Shown: piece after piece, positions 38,291 through 50,819 of the stretch | Layout: every line of letters starts with the position of its first letter | Numbering within the stretch: position 1 is the first letter of the stretch | Assembly (NCBI RefSeq): GCF_036321535.1 | Contig: NC_087436.1 | Location: 1,426,001 to 1,490,000 of the forward strand | Source of the DNA: Camelus dromedarius | Lineage: Eukaryota | Reading direction: 5' to 3' | DNA: 64,000 bases | Translations under genes and position numbers: made by a program | The notes under the pieces: generated by a model | The model's input: the letters and a program-made list of their open reading frames with translations, nothing else | Database searches by the model: none | Told to the model about the DNA's origin: nothing

Positions 38291-41195
38291 GTTTGCAACT
38301 GAAAAGAAACTTTGTGTTCCCAACAAGCTAGGTGAAGGACGGCTTTCACACACACTTATCTCTCAGAACTGAGCAAGTGGAGAGACGTTCGTTCATCCAG
38401 CACCAAGGGAACGGGTTGCAGTAGACACTTTTTCTCTGCTTTCTAAGTCTGTTTCCTAGTGCCGGTTGGAAGTTCCTGCAGTTTTCACTGTCAAACCGAG
38501 TTGGAGCTAGTACCTCCCCATATATATGTATGGAATGGAGTTTGCAACTGATAAGAAACTTTGTGTTCCCAACAAGCTAGGTGAAGGACGGCTTTCACAC
38601 ACACATATCTCTCAGAACTGAGCAAGTGGAGAGACGTTCGTTCATCTAGCACCAATGGAACGGGTTGCAGGAGTCACTTTTCTCTGCTTTCTCAGTCTGT
38701 TTCCTAGTGCCGGTTTGAAGTTCCTGCAGTTTTCACTGTAAAACCGAGTTGGAGCTAGTATCTCCCCATATATATGTATGGAATGGAGTTTACAACTGAA
38801 AAGAAACTTTGTGTTCCCAACAAGCTAGGTGAAGGACGGCTTTCACACACACTTATCTCTCAGAACTGAGCAAGTGGAGAGACGTTCGTTCATCTAGCAC
38901 CAAGGGAACGGGTTGCAGGAGACAATTTTTCTCTGCTTTCTCAGTCTGTTTCCTAGTGCCGGTTTGATGTTCCTGCAGTTTTCACTGTAAAACCGAGTTG
39001 GAGCTAGTACCTCCCCATATATATGTATGGAATGGAGTTTGCAACTGAAAAGAAACTTTTTGTTCCCAACAAGCTAGGTGAAGGACGGCTTTCACACCTC
39101 CTATTTCTCAGAACTGAGAAATGGAGAGACGTTCGTTCATCTAGCACCAAGGGAACGGGTTGCAGGAGACACTTTTTCTCAGCTTTCTCAGTCTGTTTCC
39201 TAGTGCCGGTTTGAAGTTCGTGCAGTTTTCACTGTCAAACGGAGTTGGAGCTAGTACCTCCCCTTATATATGTATGGAATGGAGTTTGCAACTGAAAAGA
39301 AACTTTGTGTTCCCAACAAGCTAGGTGAAGGACGGCTTTCACACACACTTATTTCTCAGAACTGAGCAAGTGGAGAGACGTTCGTTCATCTAGCACCAAG
39401 GGAACGGGTTGCAGGAGACACTTTTTCTCTGCTTTCTCAGTCTGTTTCCTAGTGCCGGGTTGAAGTTCCTGCAGTTTTCACTGTAAAACCGAGTTGGAGC
39501 TAGTACCTCCCCATATATATGTATGGAATGGAGTTTGCAACTGAAAAGAAACTTTGTGTTCCCAACAAGCTAGGTGAAGGACGGCTTTCACACACACTTA
39601 TCTCTCAGAACTGAGCAAGTGGATAGACGTTCGTTCATCTAGCACCAAGGGAACGGGTTGCAGGAGACACTTTTTCTCTGCTTTCTCAGTCTGTTTCCTA
39701 GTGCCGGTTTGAAGTTCCTGCAGTTTTCACTGTAAAACCGAGTTGGAGCTAGTACCTCCCCATATATATGTATGGAATGGAGAATGCAACTGAAAAGAAA
39801 CTTTGTGTTCCCAACAAGCTAGGTGAAGGACGGCTTTCACACACACTTATCTCTCAGAACTGAGCAAGTGGAGAGACGTTCGTTCATCTAGCACCAAGGG
39901 AACGGGTTGCAGGAGAAACTTTTTCTCTGCTTTCTCAGTCTGTTTCCTAGTGCCGGGTTGATGTTCCTGCAGTTTTCACTGTAAAACCGAGTTGGAGCTA
40001 GTACCTCCCCATATATATGTATGGAATGGAGTTTGCAACTGAAAAGAAACTTTGTGTTCCCAACAAGCAAGGTGAAGGACGGCTTTCACACACACTTATC
40101 TCTCAGAACTGAGCAAGTGGAGATTCGTTCGTTCATCTAGCACCAAGGGAACGGGTTGCAGGAGACACTTTTTCTCTGCTTTCTCAGTCTGTTTCCTAGT
40201 GCCGGTTTGAAGTTCCTGCAGTTTTCACTGTAAAACCGAGTTGGAGCTAGTACCTCCCCATATATATGTATGGAATGGAGTTTGCAACTGAAAAGAAACT
40301 TTGTGTTCCCAACAAGCTAGGTGAAGGACGGCTTTCACACACACTTATCTCTCAGAACTGAGCAAGTGGAGAGACGTTCGTTCATCTAGCACCAAGGGAA
40401 CGGGTTGCAGGAGACACTTTTTCTCTGCTTTCTCAGTCTGTTTCCTAGTGCCGGTTTGAAGTTCCTGCAGTTTTCACTGTAAAACCGAGTTGGAGCTAGT
40501 ACCTCCCAATATATATGTATGGAATGGAGTTTGCAACTGAAAAGAAACTTTGTGTTCCCAACAAGCTAGGTGAAGGACGGCTTTCACACACACTTATTTC
40601 TCAGAACTGAGCAAGTGGAGAGACGTTCGTTCATCTAGCACCAAGGGAACGGGTTGCAGGAGACACTTTTTCTCTGCTTTCTCAGTCTGTTTCCTAGTGC
40701 CGGGTTGAAGTTCCTGCAGTTTTCACTGTAAAACCGAGTTGGAGCTAGTACCTCCCCATATATATGTATGGAATGGAGTTTGCAACTGAAAAGAAACTTT
40801 GTGTTCCCAACAAGCTAGGTGAAGGACGGCTTTCACACACACTTATCTCTCAGAACTGAGCAAGTGGAGAGACGTTCGTTCATCTAGCACCAAGGGAACG
40901 GGTTGCAGGAGACACTTTTTCTCTGCTTTCTCAGTCTGTTTCCTAGTGCCGGTTTGAAGTTCCTGCAGTTTTCACTGTAAAACCGAGTTGGAGCTAGTAC
41001 CTCCCTTTATATATGTATGGAAAGGAGTTTGCAACTGAAAAGAAACTTTGTGTTCCCAACAAGCTAGGTGAAGGACGGCTTTCACACACACTTATCTCTC
41101 AGAACTGAGCAAGTGGAGAGACGTTCGTTCATCTAGCACCAAGGGAACGGGTTGCAGGAGACACTTTTTCCCTGCTTTCTCAGTCTGTTTCCTAG

Positions 41196-44100
41196 TGCCG
41201 GTTTGAGTTCCTGCAGTGTTCAATGTAAAACCGAGTTGGAGCTCGTACCTCCCCATATATATGTATGGAATGGAGTTTGCAAGTGAAAAGATACTTTGTT
41301 TTCCCAACAAGCTTGGTGAAGGATGGCTTTCACACTCACCTACCTCTCAGAACTGAGCATGTGGAGAGACGTTCGTTCATCTAGCACAAAGGGAACGGGT
41401 TGCAGGAGAAACTTTTACTCTGGTTTCTAAGTCTGTTTCCTAGTGCCGGTTTGAAGTTCCTGCAGTTTTCACTGTAAAACAGAGTTATAGCTAATACCTC
41501 CCCATATATATGTATGGATTGGAGTTTGCAACTGAAAAGAAACTTTGTGATCCCAACAAGCTAGGTGTAGGACGGCTTTCACACACACTTATCTCTCAGA
41601 ACTGAGCATGTGGACAGACGTTCTTTCATCTAGCACAAAGGGAATGGATTGCAGGTGAAAATCATACTCTTGTTTCTCAGACTGTTTCCTACTGCCGGTT
41701 TGAAGTTCCTGCAGTTTTCACTGTAAAACCGAGTTGGAGCTATTACCTCCCCATATATATGTATGGTGTGGAGTTTGCAACTGAAAAGAAACTTTGTGTT
41801 CCCATCAAGCTAGGTGAAGGACGGCTTTCACACACACTTATCTCTCAGAAATGAGCATGTGGAGAGACATTCGTTCATCTAGCACAAAGGGTACGTGTTG
41901 CAGGTGAAAACTTTCTCTGGTTTCTCAGACTGTTTCCTACTGCCGGTTTGAAGATCCTGCAGTTTTCACTGTAAAACCGAGTTGGAGCTAGTACCTCCCC
42001 ATATATATGTATGGAGTGGAGTTTGCTACTGAAAAGAAACATTGTCTTCCCAAAAAGCTAGGTGAAGGACGGCTTTCAAAAACACTTATCTCTCAGAACT
42101 GAACATGTGGAGAGACGTTCGTTCATCTAGCACAAATGGAAAGGGTTGCAGGAGAAACTTTTACTCTGGTTTCTCAGTGTGTTTCCTAGTGCCGGTTTGA
42201 ATTTCCTGCAGGTTTCACTGTAAAACCGAGTTGGAGCTAGTACCTCCCCATATATATGTATGGATTGGGGTTTGCAACTGAAAAGAAACATTGTGTACCC
42301 AACAAGCTAGTTGTAGGCGGCTTTCACACACACTTATCTGTCAGAACTGAGCATGTGGAGAGACGTTCGTTCATCTAGCACAAAGGGAAATGGTTGCAGG
42401 AGAAACTTTTACTCTGGTTTCTCAGTCTGTTCACTAGTGCCGGTTTGAACTTCCTTCAGGTTTACCTGTAAAACATATTTGGTACTGTACCTACGCATAT
42501 ATATGTATGGAGTGGAATTTGCAACTGAAAAGAAACTTTGTGTTCAGTACAAGCTAGTTTAAGGGTGGCAATCACACACACAAATCTCTCAGAACTGAGC
42601 ATGTGGAGAGACTTTCGTTCATCTAGCACAAAGGGAAAGGGTTGCAGGAGAAACTATTACTCTGGTATCTCAGTGTGTTTCCTACTGCCGGTTTGAAGTT
42701 CCTGCAGTTTTCACTGTAAAACCGAGTTGGAGCTCGTACCTCCCCATATATATGTATGGAGTGGAGTTTGATACTGAAAAGAAACATTGTCTTCCCTACA
42801 AGCTAGGTGAAGAACGGCTTTCACACACACTTATCTCTCAGAACTGAGCATGTGGAGAGACGTTCGTTCATCTAGCACAAAGGAACGGGTTGCAGGAGAA
42901 ACTTTTACTCTGGTTTCTCAGTCTGTTTCCTAATGCCGGTTTGAAGTTCCTGCAGTTTACTCTGTAAAACCGAGTTGGAGCTAGTAATTCCCCATATATA
43001 TGTATGGAGTGGAGTTTGCAACTGAAAAGAAACTTTGTGTTCCCAACAAGCTAGGTAAAGGACGGCTTTCACCCACACTTATCTCTCAGAACTGAGCATG
43101 TGGAGAGACGTTCGTTCATCTAGCACAAAGGGAACGGGTTGCAGGAGAAACTTTTACTCTGGTTTCTCAGTCTGTTTCCTACTGCCGATTTGAAGTTCCT
43201 GCAGTTTTCACTGTAAAACAGATTTGGAGCTAGGACCTCCCCATATATATGTATGGAGTGGAATATGCAACTGAAAAGAAACTTTGTGTTCAGTACAAGC
43301 TAGGTGAAAGACGGCTTTCACACACACTTATCTCTCAGAACTGAGCATGTGGAGAGACGTTCGTTCATCTAGCACAAAGGGAACGGGTTGCATGGAAACT
43401 TTTACTCTGGTTTCTCAGTCTGTTTCCTACTGCCAGTTCGAAGTTCCTGCAGTTTTCACTTTAAAACCGAGTTGGGGCTAGTACCTACCCATATATATGT
43501 ATGGAGTGGAGTTTGCAACTGAAAAGAAGCTTTGTGTTCCCAACAAGCTAGGTGAAGTCGGCTTTCACACACACTTATCTCTCAGAACTGAGCATGTGGA
43601 GAGACGTTCGTTCATCTAGCACAAAGGGAACGTGTTGCAGGAGAAACTTTTACTTTGGTTTCTCAGTCTGTTTCCTAGTACCGGTTTGAATTTCCTGCAG
43701 TTTTCACTGTAAAACCGATTTGTAGCTTGTACCACCCCATATATATTTATGGAGTGGGGATTGCAATTGAAAAGAAACTATGTGTTCCCAACAAGCTAGG
43801 TGAAGGACGGCTTTCACACACACATATCTCTCAGAACTGAGCATGTGGAGAGATGTTCGTTCATCTAGCACAAAGGGAATGGGTTGCAGGAGAAACTTTT
43901 ACTCTGGTTTCTCAGTCTGTTTCCTAGTGCCGGTTTGAAGTTCCTGCATTTTTCCCTGTAAAACAGATTTGGAGCTAGTACCTCCCCATATATATGTATG
44001 GATTGGAATTTGCAACTGAAAAGAAACTTTGTGTTCAGTACAAGCTAGGTGAAGGACGGCTTTCACACACACTTATCTCTCATAACTTAGCATGTGGAGA

Positions 44101-47100
44101 GTCATTCGTTCATCTAGCACAAAGGGAATGGGTTGCAGGAGAAATTTTACTCTGGTTTCTCAGTCTGTTTCTACTGCCGGTTTGAAGTTCCTGCAGTTTT
44201 CCTTGTAAAACCGATTTGGAGCTCGTACCTCCCCATATATATGTATGGACTGGAATTTGCAAGTGAAAAGAAACTTTGTGTTCCCAACAAGCTAGGTGAA
44301 AGATGGCTTTCACACACAATTATCTCTGAGAACTGAGCATGTGGAGAGACGTTCATTCATCTAGCAGAAAGGGAAAGGTTTGCAGGAGAAACTTTTACTC
44401 TGGTTTCTCAGTCTGTTTCCTACAGCCTGTTTGAAGTTCCTGCAGTTTTCACTGTAAAAGAGAGTTGAAGCTAGAACCTCCCCATATATATGTATGGAGT
44501 GGAGTTTGCAACTGAAAAGGAACTTTGTGTTCCCAACTAGCTATGTGAAGGACGGCTTTCACACACACTTATCTCTCAGAACTGAACATGTGGAGAGACG
44601 TTCGTTCATCTAGCACAAAGGGAACGGGTTGCAGGAGAAATTTTTACTCTGGGTTCTCAGTCTATTTCCTACTGCCGGTTTGAAGTTATTGCTCTTTTCA
44701 CTGTAAAAACGTGTTGTAGCTCGTATCTCCCCATATATATGTAGGGAGTGGAGTTTGCAACTGAAAAGAAACTTTGTGTTCCCAACAAGCTAGGTGAAGG
44801 ACGGCTTTCACACACAATTATCTCTCAGAACTGAGCATGTGGATAGACGTTCATTCATCTAGCACAAGGGAACGGTTTGGAGGAGAAACTTATACTCTGG
44901 TTTCTCAGTCTGTTTCCTTGTGACGGTTTGAAGTTCCTGCATGTTTCACTGTAAAAACCAGTTGGAGTTAGTACCTCTCCATATATATGTATGGAGTGGA
45001 GTTTGCACGTGAAAAGAAACATTGTGTTCCCAACAAGCTAGGTTAAGGACGGCTTTCACACACATAAATCTCTCAGGACTGAGCATGTGGAGAGACGTTC
45101 GTTTATCTAGCACAATAGGAACGGGTTGCAGGAGAAACTTTTACTCTGGATTCTACGTCTGTTTCCTAGTGCCGGTTTGAAGTTCCTGCAACTTTCACTG
45201 TAAAACCGAGTTGGAGCTAGTACCACTCCATATATATGTATGGATTGGAGTTTGCAACTGAAAAGAAACTTTGTGTTCCCAACAAGCTAAGTGAAGTACG
45301 ACATTCACACACATTAATCTCTCAGAACTGAGCATGTGGAGAGACGTTCGTTCATCTAGCACAAAGGAACGGGTAGCAGGAGAAATTTTACTCTGGTTTC
45401 TCAGTCTGTTTCCTAATACCGGTTTGAAGTTCCTGCAGTTTTCTCTGTAAAACCGAGTTGGAGCTAGTAATTCCCCATATATATGTATGGAGTGGAGTTT
45501 GCAACTGAAAAGAAACTTTGTATTCAGTATAATCTTGCTGAAGAACGGCTTTCACACACATTTATCTCTCAGAACTGAGCATGTGGAGAGACGTTCATTC
45601 ATCTAGCACAAAGGGAACGGGTTGCAGGAGAAACTTTTACTATCGTTTCTCAGTCTGTTTCCTACTGCCGGTTTGAAGTTCCTGCAGTTTTCACTGTAAA
45701 ACCGTCTTGGAGCCTGTACCTCCCCATATATATGTATGGAGTGGAGTTAGCAACTGAAAAGAAACTTTGTGTTCAGAACAAGCTAAGTGAAGGACGGCTT
45801 TCACACACACTTATATCTCAGAACTGAGCATGTGGAGAGACGTTCGTTCATCTAGCACAAAGGGAACGGGTTGCAGGAGAAACTTTTACTCTGGTATCTC
45901 AGTCTGTTTCCTACTGCCGGTTTGAAGTTCCTGCAGATTTCACTGTAAAACAGAGTTGGAGCTAGTACCTCCCATATATATGTATGGAGTGGGGTTTACA
46001 ACTGAAAAGTAACTTTGTGTTCCCAACAAGCTATGTGAAGGAGGGATTTCACACACACTTATCCCTCAGAACTGAGCATTTGGAGAGACGTTCGTTCATC
46101 TAGCACAAAGGGAACGGGTTGCATGTGAAAATTTTACTCTGGTTTCTCAGAGTGTTTTCCTACTGCCGGTTTGAAGTTCCCGCAGTTTTCACTGTAAAAC
46201 CGAATTGGAGCTAGTACCTCCCCATATATATGTATGGAGTGTAGTTTGCAAGTGAAAAGAAACATTGTGTTCCCAACAAGCTAGGTGAAGGACGGCTTTC
46301 ACACACACTTATCTCTCAGAATTGAGCATGTAGAGAGACGTTCGTTCATCTAGCACAAAGGGAAAGGGTTACAGGAGAAACTTTTACTCTGGTTTCTCAG
46401 TCTGTTTCCTAATGCCGGTTTGAATTTCCTGCAGTTTTTAGGGTAAAACCGAGTTGGAGCATGTACCTCCCCATATATATGTATGGAGTGGAGTTTCCAA
46501 CTGAAAAGTAACTTTGTGTTACCAAAAAGCTAGGTGAAGGACGGCTTTCACTCACACTTATCTCTCAGAACTGAGCATGTGGAGAGACTTTCGTTCATCT
46601 AGAACAAAGGGAACGGGTTGTAGGAGAAACTTTTACTCTGGTATCTCAGTGTGTTTCCTACTGCCGGTTTGAGTTCCTGCAGTGTTCAATGTAAAACCGA
46701 GTTGGAGCTCGTACCTCCCCATATATATGTATGGAATGGAGTTTGCAAGTGAAAAGATACTTTGTTTTCCCAACAAGCTTGGTGAAGGATGGCTTTCACA
46801 CTCACCTACCTCTCAGAACTGAGCATGTGGAGAGACGTTCGTTCATCTAGCACAAAGGGAACGGCTTGCAGGAGAAACTTTTACTCTGGTTTCTCAGTCT
46901 GTTTCCTAGTGCCGGTTTGAAGTTCCTGCAGTTTTCACTGTAAAACAGATTTATAGCTAGTACCTCCCCATATATATGTATGGATTGGAGTTTGCAACTG
47001 AAAAGAAACTTTGTGATCCCAACAAGCTAGGTGTAGGACGGCTTTCACACACACTTATCTCTCAGAACTGAGCATGTGGAGAGACTTTCGTTCATCTAGC

Positions 47101-48170
47101 ACAAAGGGAATGGATTGCAGGTGAAAATCATACTCTTGTTTCTCAGACTGTTTCCTACTGCCGGTTTGAAGTTCCTGCAGTTTTCACTGTAAAACCGAGT
47201 TGGAGCTATTACCTCCCCATATATATGTATGGAGTGGAGTTTGCAACTGAAAAGAAACTTTGTGTTCCCATCAAGCTAGGTGAAGGACTGCTTTCACACA
47301 CACTTATCTCTCAGAAATGAGCATGTGGAGAGACATTCGTTCATCTAGCACAAAGGGTACGTGTTGCAGGTGAAAACTTTCTCTGGTTTCTCAGACTGTT
47401 TCCTACTGCCGGTTTGAAGATCCTGCAGTTTTCACTGTAAAACCGAGTTGGAGCTAGTACCTCCCCATATATATGTATGGAGTGGAGTTTGCTACTGAAA
47501 AGAAACATTGTCTTCCCAAAAAGCTAGGTGAAGGACGGCTTTCAAAAACACTTATCTCTCAGAACTGAACATGTGGAGAGACGTTCGTTCATCTAGCACA
47601 AAGGGAAAGGGTTGCAGGAGAAACTTTTACTCTGGTTTCTCACTGTGTTTCCTAGTGCCGGTTTGAAGTTCCTGCAGGTTACACTGTAAAACAGAGTTGG
47701 AGCTAGTACCTCCCAATATATATGTATGGATTGGGGTTTGCAACTGAAAAGAAACATTGTGTACCCAACAAGCTATTTGAAGGCGGCTTTCACACACACT
47801 TATCTGTCAGAACTGAGCATGTGGAGAGACGTTCGTTCATCTAGCACAAAGGGAACGGGTTGCAGGAGAAACTTTTACTCTGGTTTCTCAGTCTGTTCAC
47901 TAGTGCCGGTTTGAACTTCCTTCAGGTTTACCTGTAAAACATATTTGGAACTGTACCTACGCATATATATGTATGGAGTGGAATTTGCAACTGAAAAGAA
48001 ACTTTGTGTTCAGTACAAGCTAGTTTAAGGGCGGCAATCACACACACAAATCTCTCAGAACTGAGCATGTGGAGAGACTTTCGTTCATCTAGCACAAAGG
48101 GAAAGGGTTGCAGGAGAAACTATTACTCTGCTATCTCAGTGTGTTTCCTACTGCCGGTTTGAAGTTCCTG
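41196..48170 (+). repeat. 22-monomer higher-order unit (5466 bp) followed by a partial second copy
   Basis: Markers at +5466: TTTGAGTTCCTGCAGTGTTCAATG ~41202/46668, GGAATGGATTGCAGGTGAAAATCATA 41641/47107, CTGTACCTACGCAT ~42485/47951. Confidence 0.88.
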
Positions 48171-50819
48171 CAGTTTTCTCTGTAAAACCGAGTTGGAGCT
48201 AGTAATTCCCCATATATATGTATGGAGTGGAGTTTGCAACTGAAAAGAAACTTTGTATTCAGTATAATCTTGCTGAAGGACGGCTTTCACACACATTTAT
48301 CTCTCAGAACTGAGCATGTGGAGAGACGTTCATTCATCTAGCACAAAGGGAACGGGTTGCAGGAGAAACTTTTACTCTGGTATCTCAGTCTGTTTCCTAC
48401 TGCCGGTTTGAAGTTCCTGCAGATTTCACTGTAAAACAGAGTTGGAGCTTGTACCTCCCATATATATGTATGGAGTGGAGTTTACAACTGAAAAGTAACT
48501 TTGTGTTCCCAACAAGCTATGTGAAGGAGGGATTTCACACACACTTATCCCTCAGAACTGAGCATTTGGAGAGACGTTCGTTCATCTAGCACAAAGGGAA
48601 CGGGTTGCATGTGAAAATTTTACTCTGGTTTCTCAGACTGTTTTCCTACTGCCGGTTTGAAGTTCCTGCAGTTTTCACTGTAAAACCGAATTGGAGCTAG
48701 TACCTCCACATATATATGTATGGAGTGGAGTTTGCAACTGAAAAGAAACTTTGTGTTCCCATCAAGCTAGGTGAAGGACGGCTTTCACACACACTTATCT
48801 CTCAGAAATGAGCATGTGGAGAGACATTCGTTCATCTAGCACAAAGGGTACGTGTTGCAGGTGAAAACTTTCTCTGGTTTCTCAGACTGTTTCCTACTGC
48901 CGGTTTGAAGATCCTGCAGTTTTCACTGTAAAACCGAGTTGGAGCTAGTACCTCCCCATATATATGTATGGAGTGGAGTTTGCTACTGAAAAGAAACATT
49001 GTCTTCCCAAAAAGCTAGGTGAAGGACGGCTTTCAAAAACACTTATCTCTCAGAACTGAACATGTGGAGAGACGTTCGTTCATCTAGCACAAAGGGAAAG
49101 GGTTGCAGGAGAAACTTTTACTCTGGTTTCTCAGTCTGTTTCCTAGTGCCGGTTTGAAGTTCCTGCAGGTTTCACTGTAAAACCGAGTTGGAGCTAGTAC
49201 CTCCCCATATATATGTATGGATTGGGGTTTGCAACTGAAAAGAAACATTGTGTACCCAACAAGCTATTTGAAGGCGGCTTTCACACACACTTATCTGTCA
49301 GAACTGAGCATGTGGAGAGACGTTCGTTCATCTAGCACAAAGGGAACGGTTTGCAGGAGAAACTTCTACTCTGGTTTCTCAGTCTGTTCACTAGTGCCGG
49401 TTTGAACTTCCTTCAGGTTTACCTGTAAATCATATTTGGAACTGTACCTACGCATATATATGTATGGAGTGGAATTTGCAACTGAATAGAAACTTTGTGT
49501 TCAGTACAAGCTAGTTTAAGGGCGGCAATCACACACACAAATCTCTCAGAACTGAGCATGTGGAGAGACTTTCGTTCATCTAGCACAAAGGGAAAGGGTT
49601 GCAGGAGAAACTATTACTCTGGTATCTCAGTGTGTTTCCTACTGCCGGTTTGAAGTTCCTGCAGTTTTCACTGTAAAACCGAGTTGGAGCTCGTACCTCC
49701 CCATATATATGTATGGAGTGGAGTTTGAAACTGAAAAGAAACATTGTCTTCCCTACAAGCTAGGTGAAGGACGGCTTTCACACACACTTATCTCTCAGAA
49801 CTGAGCATGTGGAGAGACGTTCGTTCATCTAGCACAAAGGAACGGGTTGCAGGAGAAACATTTACTCTGGTTTCTCAGTCTGTTTCCTAATGCCGGTTTG
49901 AAGTTCCTGCAGTTATCTCTGTAAAACCGAGTTGGAGCTAGTAATTCCCCATATATATGTATGGGGTGGAATATGCCACTGAAAAGAAACTTTGTGTTCA
50001 GTACAAGCTAGGTGAAAGACGGCTTTCACACACACTTATCTCTCAGAACTGAGCATGTGGAGAGACGTTCGTTCATCTAGCACAAAAGGAACGGGTTGCA
50101 GGGAAACTTTTACTCTGGTTTCTCAGTCTGTTTCCTACTGCCAGTTCGAAGTTCCTGCAGTTTTCACTTTAAAACCGAGTTGGAGCTAGTACCTACCCAT
50201 ATATATGTATGGAGTGGAGTTTGCAACTGAAAAGAAACTTTGTGTTCCCAACAAGCTAGGTGAAGGCGGCTTTCACACACACTTATCTCTCAGAACTGAG
50301 CATGTGGAGAGACGTTCGTTCATCTAGCACAAAGGGAACGTGTTGCAGGAGAAACTTTTACTTTGGTGTCTCAGTCTGTTTCCTAGTACCGGTTTGAATT
50401 TCCTGCAGTTTTCACTGTAAAACCGATTTCTAGCTTGTACCACCCCATATATATTTATGGATTGGAGATTGCAATTGAAAAGAAACTATGTGTTCCCAAC
50501 AAGCTAGGTGAAGAACGGCTTTCACACACACATATCTCTCAGAACTGAGCATGTGGAGAGACGTTCGTTCATCTAGCACAAAGGGAATGGTTTGCAGGAG
50601 AAACTTTTACTCTGGTTTCTCAGTCTGTTTCCTAGTGCCGGTTTGAAGTTCCTGCAGTTTTCCTTGTAAAACCGATTTGGAGCTCGTACCTCCCCATATA
50701 TATGTATGGACTGGAATTTGCAAGTGAAAAGAAACTTTGTGTTCCCAACAAGATAGGTGAAAGATGGCTTTCACACACAATTATCTCTGAGAACTGAGCA
50801 TGTGGAGAGACGTTCATTC

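Larger units (their letters stand above)
1..41195 (+). repeat. Domain A: homogeneous subfamily, ~165 monomers
   Basis: Diagnostic words GAGCAAGTGG, GCACCAAGGG, GGAGACACTTTTTCTCTGCTTTC and ATGGAATGGAG occur in nearly every copy. Most monomers carry zero to a few substitutions and indels are rare. Confidence 0.95.

Noticed and set aside
41196..41206. Inversion or insertion at the domain boundary
   Set aside because: Orientation and monomer phase are preserved across the junction.
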